From the NCBI GenBank assembly GCA_903881545.1, contig CAIRTQ010000048.1:25914-89913 (forward strand): a stretch of 64,000 bases of DNA. The letters are read 5' to 3'. Shown in pieces: positions 56,290 to 64,000 of this stretch (the first letter of the stretch is position 1; each line of letters begins with the position of its first letter). The translations under genes and the position numbers were made by a program. Source of the stretch: an uncultured Elusimicrobia bacterium. GTDB taxonomy: Bacteria; Elusimicrobiota; Elusimicrobia; UBA1565; UBA9628. Under the pieces are notes generated by a model. It made no database searches, was not told where the DNA came from, and worked only from the letters and a program-made list of their open reading frames with translations.

Positions 56290-56772
56290 ATGATGAGTAC
56301 GCGGGCGTGGATGTTCGCAGTTCTGGCCGGGCCATTGCTGGCTCTGGCCTGCTCGGGAGGCGAGTCGCCATCCCAGAAGCTCCCCGACGTGCGCCTGCCG
56401 ACCTATGCGGCGCAGCAGGCCGCCTCGCTGGCCTCCTGCTCCATGGCCAAGTGCCTGACCGTGTATGTGGCGCCCTGGTGCGGCTATTGCCGGGCCGCCA
56501 CGCCCATGCTTCTCAAATTGCGGCGCTACCTCAAGGACCACGGCGTCGAGACCCGGTTCGTGGTGGGCAAGGACGAGACGCCGGCTTTACGCGCCTACGC
56601 CGAGATCTTCGGTCCGGACACCCAGCTCGACATCGACGACTCCCTGTCAGTCGGCGGCGTCCCCCATTTTTTCGTCAGCGACTCCAGCGGGGGGATAGTG
56701 AAGGAAGTCTCCGGGATACCTATGGGGGACTTTTCCTCCGCCGAGATGGCCGCTTACTTCGGGCTTCCCTGA
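56290..56772 (+). CDS. Secreted thioredoxin-fold protein (CxxC)
   Basis: Signal peptide plus VYVAPWCGYCRAATP. Confidence 0.6.
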   Translation: MMSTRAWMFAVLAGPLLALACSGGESPSQKLPDVRLPTYAAQQAASLASCSMAKCLTVYVAPWCGYCRAATPMLLKLRRYLKDHGVETRFVVGKDETPALRAYAEIFGPDTQLDIDDSLSVGGVPHFFVSDSSGGIVKEVSGIPMGDFSSAEMAAYFGLP

Positions 56773-56779
56773 GCCGGCG

Positions 56780-57541
56780 CTACAGGCAGGACAGCGGCGC
56801 GAGGTAGAAATCCGTCACCAAAGGCGCAAGGCCGGGCGGCTGAAGGGCGGCAAGTTCACGGACGGCGGTGGCGAGCTCGCGACAAAGGTGCCTGCGCTCG
56901 GCAGCAGGCTTGCGGGGCACATCCAGAGTGGCGGGATCCACGTAGGTCGGGACATAGTCGGCCTGGGCTAATCGAATCGAGTAGCCGCGCCCCGGCAAGG
57001 ACGGCAGAATGGCGCGATAAAGTCCGGCGTCATCCGTGGCGGTCTCAAAACGCTTATCCGTCTCCAGGTCTGACAGAATGACGGCGCAGCGAGTTACGGG
57101 CTTGAGAGTCATCAGGTCGTAGACGTGCCCGCGCAGCCGCCACTCCTTGACGGCAGGAGCGGATTTGACGACGGGCACGGCCACAAGCGCGGCATCGTCC
57201 GCTTCCGGGGCCGGCACGACAGGATGCCGGGCGGCTTCGGCCGCCTTTTGCGGCGGCGCCTCCGGGATCGCCGCCGGGACGGCCGGCGCCAGGGCGGATT
57301 GCGGTGCGGCCGGGGGCTCGCGGTCCGAGCGCCCCACGGTCTTCACGAATACTATCCAACCCCCGGCGATCGCCAATGCCACCCCGGCGAGTATCAGCAT
57401 CGGCAGAGGAGACCAGGGGGCGGGGACCGTTTTCTCCATCCGGGCGGACGTCATCTCGTCCGGGAATATCCAGGGGCAATTCGGGCATACGGAGGCATCG
57501 TCGTCAACGACGGTGCGACAGGACGGACAGCGCTTGGACAT
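56780..57541 (-). CDS. Membrane protein with a zinc ribbon, a transmembrane segment and a CarboxypepD_reg-like domain
   Basis: CPSCRTVVDDDASVCPNCPW, then one transmembrane helix and a Pro-rich linker, then a beta-sandwich-like LRGHVYDLMTLKPVTRCAVILSDLETDKRFETATDDAGLYRA. Start at the internal Met; the longer ORF overlaps the aminotransferase. Confidence 0.4.
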   Translation of the reverse strand: MSKRCPSCRTVVDDDASVCPNCPWIFPDEMTSARMEKTVPAPWSPLPMLILAGVALAIAGGWIVFVKTVGRSDREPPAAPQSALAPAVPAAIPEAPPQKAAEAARHPVVPAPEADDAALVAVPVVKSAPAVKEWRLRGHVYDLMTLKPVTRCAVILSDLETDKRFETATDDAGLYRAILPSLPGRGYSIRLAQADYVPTYVDPATLDVPRKPAAERRHLCRELATAVRELAALQPPGLAPLVTDFYLAPLSCL

Positions 57542-57552
57542 GGTTCTGTCCT

Positions 57553-58640
57553 TCAGGCCGCCGCTGGGGCCAGCCGGCGGGCTAGCGCCGCAAAGCCAGC
57601 CTCCAGGTCGGCCCGGCTGATGTAGCCCATATGCGCCACGCGCAGCAAGTGGCCCTTGAGTCGGCCCTGGCCGCCGGCGATGGAGATGCCGTCCTCCGCC
57701 AGCAGGCGCGCCGTCAAAATATCCCCATCCACGCCGGGCGGCAGGCGCAAGGCGGTGAGGATGTTGGAAGGATTGCGCGCGAAGAGCTCCAGGCCGAGTT
57801 CCTGTCCGCGCGCGCGGGCGTAGGCGGCCAGCGCCGCGGTGCGCTTCCAGACATTCTCCAGGCCTTCCTTGCGGATGAGCTTGAGGGCTTCCGCCTGCCC
57901 CGCGATGACCGTGATGGCGGGAGTGAAAGGGGTCTCCAGGTCCGGCAGGGACTTGCGCATGCGCCGCCAATCGAAATAGAAACGGGGCAGCTTGGCCGAT
58001 TCCACCAGCTTCCAGGCGCGCTCGGAGACCGCGGCGAAGGCCAACCCCGGGGCGCACATGAGCCCCTTCTGAGAACCGGTGACCACCACGTCCAAGTCCC
58101 AGGCGTCAGTCTCCAACGGCTCCGCGGCCAGCCCCGAGACCGAATCCACCACGATCACGGCGTCAGAGTTCCGGCGCACGGTCTCGGCCAGGGCCCGCAC
58201 GTCGTTGAGCACGCCCGTGGAGGTATCCGTATGCTGGAAGAAGACCGCCTTGACCGCGCTGAGGCTGCGCAGAGCCGCCTCCAACTTCCGCGGGTCCGCG
58301 GCGCAGCCCCATTCCTCGGCCACGACGACGGGTTCCATGCCGTAGGCCTCCAAGATAGCGGCGAAGCGGTCCCCGAACACGCCGGTGGTGTGCACCACGA
58401 CTCGGTCGCCGGGACTGAGCAGATTGACGGCCGCGGACTCCATGGCTCCCGTGCCCGAGGTGGTCATCAGGAGCACGGTGTTCCGGGTCCGGTAGACCGC
58501 GCGCATCTCGTTGAGGACGAAATCGAACAGCTGGCCGAATTCCCGGGTGCGGTGATGCAGGATGGGCCGGGCCATCGCCTCGCGCACCTGCGGGGGCAGC
58601 GGGGTGGGGCCGGGAGTCAGCAGGATATTGGCTTTGGGGC

Positions 58641-58644
<4 letters not shown>
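57553..58644 (-). CDS. Class V aminotransferase (serine-pyruvate/alanine-glyoxylate type)
   Basis: LLTPGPTPLPPQV N-terminus and the PLP-lysine motif TGSQKGLMCAPG. Confidence 0.75.
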
Positions 58645-61063
<2,419 letters not shown>

Positions 61064-61067
<4 letters not shown>

Positions 61068-61666
61068 GGCTTGCCCAGCGCCAGGACGTGGTCGACCATG
61101 CCATAGGCCTTGGCCTCGTCGGCAGACATGTAATAGTTGCGCTCCATGTCCTGGGCCAGCTTGGCCTGGGGCTGCCCCGTGTGCTTCTGGAGGATAGCGA
61201 TGATCTTATCTTTGGTCCGGCTCATCTCCTCGGCCGCGATGCGGATGTCGGTGGCTTGCCCGGAGAGGCCGCCGCGGATGAGGGGTTGGTGGATCATGAC
61301 CCGGGCCCGAGGCAGGATGAAGCGCTTGCCCTTGCTGCCGGCGGCCAGGAGCACGGCGCCGAAGGACATGGCCATGCCCATGCACATGGTGGCGATCGGC
61401 GCCTTGATGTAGCGCATGGTGTCGTAGACGGCCATGCCCGCGGAGACCATCCCGCCGGGGGAGTTGATGTAGAGGTTGATGTCCTTCTCCGGATCCTCGG
61501 CGTCAAGATAGAGCAATTGCGCGACGATGAGGTTGGCGGAGTCCGTGGTGACGGAGCCTTCCGAGCCGCCCGCGAAGACGATGCGGTCCTTGAGCAGACG
61601 CGAGAAGATGTCGTAGCTGACAGCCGAGCCTTGGTTCCAGCGCTCCAGTATCGTCGGGATCATCAT
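61064..61666 (-). CDS. clpP: ClpP protease subunit
   Basis: [19 protein letters not shown]...[17 protein letters not shown]...IMIHQP. Confidence 0.9.
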
Positions 61667-61679
61667 AACCGCAACGGGG

Positions 61680-62951
61680 TCAGGCGTCCGTGATGGCCGC
61701 CTTGGCGCGCAAGAACTCCAGGGTCTTGCGATCCCGCATCATCCCCAGGACATCCTCGCGGCGCTCGGCGAACGACCGGCGCACGGCTTCCTTGCGCTCC
61801 TCGGTGGGCGCGGCGGCCAAGCTCTTCTCCAGCTCCGCGGCAACCTCGGGCTCGGCGACATCGATCTTCTCGCGCTGCGCGATGGCGGGCAGCAGGAAGG
61901 AGAGGCGCACCCGGTCCTCGGCCTGGGGCCGCAGCTTGGTCTTGAACTCCTCGACCTGCTGGGCCGTGAACTCGTCCCGGCCGCGCAGGACTTGACGCTG
62001 CAAGGTCTCGATCATGTGCTCCAGCTGGGCCGTGACCAAGGCGGGGGGGACGGGCATGTGGTTGGCCTTCAGGAGCGCCGCCTCCATCTGCTCCGCGAGC
62101 TCGCGCTCGCTGCGCGAGCGACCCTCATCCGTGATGACCTCCCGGAGCTTGACCTTGAGCGCATCGACGGACTCGAAGCCCATGTCCTTGGCGAAATCCG
62201 CGTCCAGAGCGGGCAGGATCTTGCTCTTGATCTCCTTGACGGTCACCTGAAGCTCGGTATCCTTGCCGCCGATCTTGACCATGACGGCCTTGGTCTGCGC
62301 GCGCTTCATGCCCAGCAGCCCTTCGCAGAGGCCCGCCACGGTCTGCTCCGACGACAGATCCACGAGTTCGTTGGCGCCCTTGACATCGGCCAGGGGCTTG
62401 CCGTCGCGCACGCCCGCATAGTCCATCACCACGTAATGGCTGCGGCCCGCTGCCTCTTCGGCGGCCGGCTCCAGGCGGGCGTGGGCCTCGCGCAGCTCCG
62501 TCAGGCGCGCCTCCACCGCCGCATCGTCAGCCGGATAGGAATTCCGGGTCAGCTTGATGCCGGCGTAGTCCTTGGGGACGACGCGCGGCGGCACCTCCAC
62601 GCGCACCTGAAATTGCAACGGCTTGCCTGTGGCTTGCGAGACATCCACGATGGCCGGGGTGGCCACGGGATTCAGGTTCAGTTCGCGCAGGGCCTCGGGG
62701 ACGTGCTTGCGCACGAAATGGTCGAGGACAGCTTCCTGCGCATGGCCCGCGAACTGTTGGCGCACCAGGTCGAGCGGAACCTTCCCGGGCCGGAACCCGG
62801 GAACCTTGGCCCGCTGCTGGATGCGCAGGATGGCGTTATGTCCCTCGGCCTCCACTTGGACGGCGGGGACCTCGACGGAGAACGTGGCCACGCAGGCGTC
62901 CTCCTTCACGATCTTGAAGCGAACTTTGTCCGACGCGGTGAAAAGGCCCAT
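61680..62951 (-). CDS. tig: Trigger factor
   Basis: Ribosome-binding N-domain pattern, an FKBP-like middle domain and a C-terminal domain. Conserved position upstream of clpP. Confidence 0.8.
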   Translation of the reverse strand: MGLFTASDKVRFKIVKEDACVATFSVEVPAVQVEAEGHNAILRIQQRAKVPGFRPGKVPLDLVRQQFAGHAQEAVLDHFVRKHVPEALRELNLNPVATPAIVDVSQATGKPLQFQVRVEVPPRVVPKDYAGIKLTRNSYPADDAAVEARLTELREAHARLEPAAEEAAGRSHYVVMDYAGVRDGKPLADVKGANELVDLSSEQTVAGLCEGLLGMKRAQTKAVMVKIGGKDTELQVTVKEIKSKILPALDADFAKDMGFESVDALKVKLREVITDEGRSRSERELAEQMEAALLKANHMPVPPALVTAQLEHMIETLQRQVLRGRDEFTAQQVEEFKTKLRPQAEDRVRLSFLLPAIAQREKIDVAEPEVAAELEKSLAAAPTEERKEAVRRSFAERREDVLGMMRDRKTLEFLRAKAAITDA

Positions 62952-62986
62952 GTTACCTCCTGAAGGTATCGCCATTTGCGGCGGAT

Positions 62987-63067
62987 GGGCGGGGGGGGAT
63001 TTGAACCCCCAAGCCTTGCGGCACACGGTCCTAAGCCGTGCGCGTCTGCCAGTTCCGCCACCCGCCC
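62987..63067 (-). tRNA. tRNA-Leu (anticodon UAG)
   Basis: The reverse complement folds as a type II tRNA: acceptor GGGCGGG/CCCGCCC, anticodon loop CUUAGGA, T-loop GGGGGTTCAAATCCCCC. Highly similar to bacterial tRNA-Leu. Confidence 0.75.
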
Positions 63068-63149
63068 GATGAGGGCGCCGAAAAAATCAGGACCGAGGGC
63101 CGGCCCGAACCTGACCACTCAGTCCTAATCCTGACGAGCACTAAATCCC

Positions 63150-63222
63150 TGGGCCATATAGGACTCGAACCTATAACCTTGTCCTTAAGAGGGACCTGCT
63201 CTACCAATTGAGCTAATGACCC
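63150..63222 (-). tRNA. tRNA-Lys (anticodon CUU)
   Basis: The reverse complement GGGTCATTAGCTCAATTGGTAGAGCAGGTCCCTCTTAAGGACAAGGTTATAGGTTCGAGTCCTATATGGCCCA forms a canonical cloverleaf with anticodon loop CTCTTAA. Confidence 0.75.
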
Positions 63223-63391
63223 GAAGCCACATTATAGCAAAGTTGCACGGCTGCATTTCAACCCGGCCTCACGGCGCTATATAAAGGAAGAGGCCGACCC
63301 GTAAACATTTAACATCTTTGTCATTGATTTTTTTTGACGCGCTGTTATACTTACGCAGCGCCGAGGATTACCGGCGCCAGCGATGACAAAC

Positions 63392-64000
63392 ATGAAATAT
63401 TGGATATTCCAAGACAACGCGGTCAGCGGACCATACGAACCTGAAGACCTGGTACAGACTCCGGGCTTCTCGACGGAGACATTGGTGTGCCCGGAAGGGC
63501 GCAAGGGAACCCGCATGGGGGATTGGCAGCGCTCCTCCGCCGTGCCGGCGCTCTCCGCCTCGCTGGTCAAGGCCGCCCAGCTCTCCAGCGCGGGTCGGGC
63601 CGCGCCTGCTGGCAACGCCTACTCGGGGCCGGCCGTCCCCGCTCTCAAGGACCTGGCCATGCTAGGCAGCCTGCAGGAGAAGATGGTACTCCTGGAGAAC
63701 GCTATCGCCCAGCTCCAGAAAGAGCTCCAATCCAAGGGAGCCGAAGTCCTCAGTCTCCAGAGCGAGGTCACCCTGCGCAAGACCGCGGAAGCCGAGCTAC
63801 AGGGGAAGGCCCAAGAGTTCCAACAACGCCTGGCCGCCTTATCTGAACGGCAGTCCACCCTGGACGGGGCCATCGCTGCGGAGCAGTCCGTGGCGACGGA
63901 AGTCAAGGGTGTCGCATCTTCGGTGCAGGAAGTCCGGACTTCGGTGGACGGGGTCAGCGGCACGGTCAAGAACCTAGAATCGGCCCTAGAGCTGCAACGC
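63392..64000 (+). CDS. DUF4339 (GYF-like) domain protein with a coiled-coil region, 3'-truncated by the window end
   Basis: MKYWIFQDNAVSGPYEPEDLVQTPGF (DUF4339-type), then an Ala/Gln/Leu-rich coiled-coil. No stop codon before the window end. Confidence 0.4.
   Translation, partial: MKYWIFQDNAVSGPYEPEDLVQTPGFSTETLVCPEGRKGTRMGDWQRSSAVPALSASLVKAAQLSSAGRAAPAGNAYSGPAVPALKDLAMLGSLQEKMVLLENAIAQLQKELQSKGAEVLSLQSEVTLRKTAEAELQGKAQEFQQRLAALSERQSTLDGAIAAEQSVATEVKGVASSVQEVRTSVDGVSGTVKNLESALELQR

Noticed and set aside
63277-63969. Two minus-strand ORFs (112 aa, 116 aa) opposite the partial DUF4339 gene
   Set aside because: The plus-strand frame has a coherent domain plus coiled-coil. The minus-strand ORFs are Ala/Ser/Arg-rich antisense artefacts.

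Overview
This is a high-GC (~65%) bacterial contig, probably from an uncultured or metagenomic genome. It divides roughly into a defence and signalling island (about 1 to 40 kb) and a core region (about 40 to 64 kb). The island is centred on a type III CRISPR-Cas locus. The core region carries a MATE pump, peptidase and aminotransferase genes, a hydrogenase-4-like operon, phosphoketolase, cspA, aminotransferases, lon, clpP, tig, two tRNAs and a partial DUF4339 gene.

The CRISPR-Cas locus is an effector operon led by a compact Cas10 that has the cyclase motifs but no HD domain. It is followed by several RAMP proteins, including a double-Cas7 fusion and a 712-aa Cas7 with extra tails, in a III-D/D2-like layout. 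Downstream are cas6, cas1, cas2 and a 16-repeat array of a 37-bp repeat. Candidate cyclic-oligoadenylate sensors and effectors are embedded in or beside the locus: a CARF protein, a HEPN-motif protein, a beta-CASP metallo-beta-lactamase (MBL) nuclease fused to a C-terminal CARF domain, and a compact RtcB-like RNA ligase.

The most unusual feature is a pair of CHAT-family protease genes on either side of the locus. One is fused to a degenerate isoaspartyl-methyltransferase-like domain; the other is TPR-CHAT, the Csx29-like architecture. Each sits next to an atypical sigma-70/ECF-type factor with long extensions, and a ClpX paralogue with a replaced N-terminal domain lies nearby. Together these look like a previously undescribed protease-gated sigma-factor output module attached to a type III system.

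Other content of the island: an AbiEi/AbiEii toxin-antitoxin pair, a low-GC islet of small membrane proteins, a DUF222-HNH endonuclease behind a tandem repeat, a second beta-CASP MBL gene, and a tightly coupled six-gene operon (AAA, AAA, SWIM, SWIM, MoxR, VWA-metallopeptidase). The hydrogenase-4-like operon appears to lack the NiFe-binding CxxC motif in its large subunit and encodes a fused ferredoxin/small-subunit protein. The canonical clpX between clpP and lon is absent.

Many ORFs in the six-frame track are antisense or overprinted artefacts of GC-rich DNA (Arg/Pro/Ala-rich translations) and were not annotated. Coordinates read from the sequence text may drift by about 1 nt.
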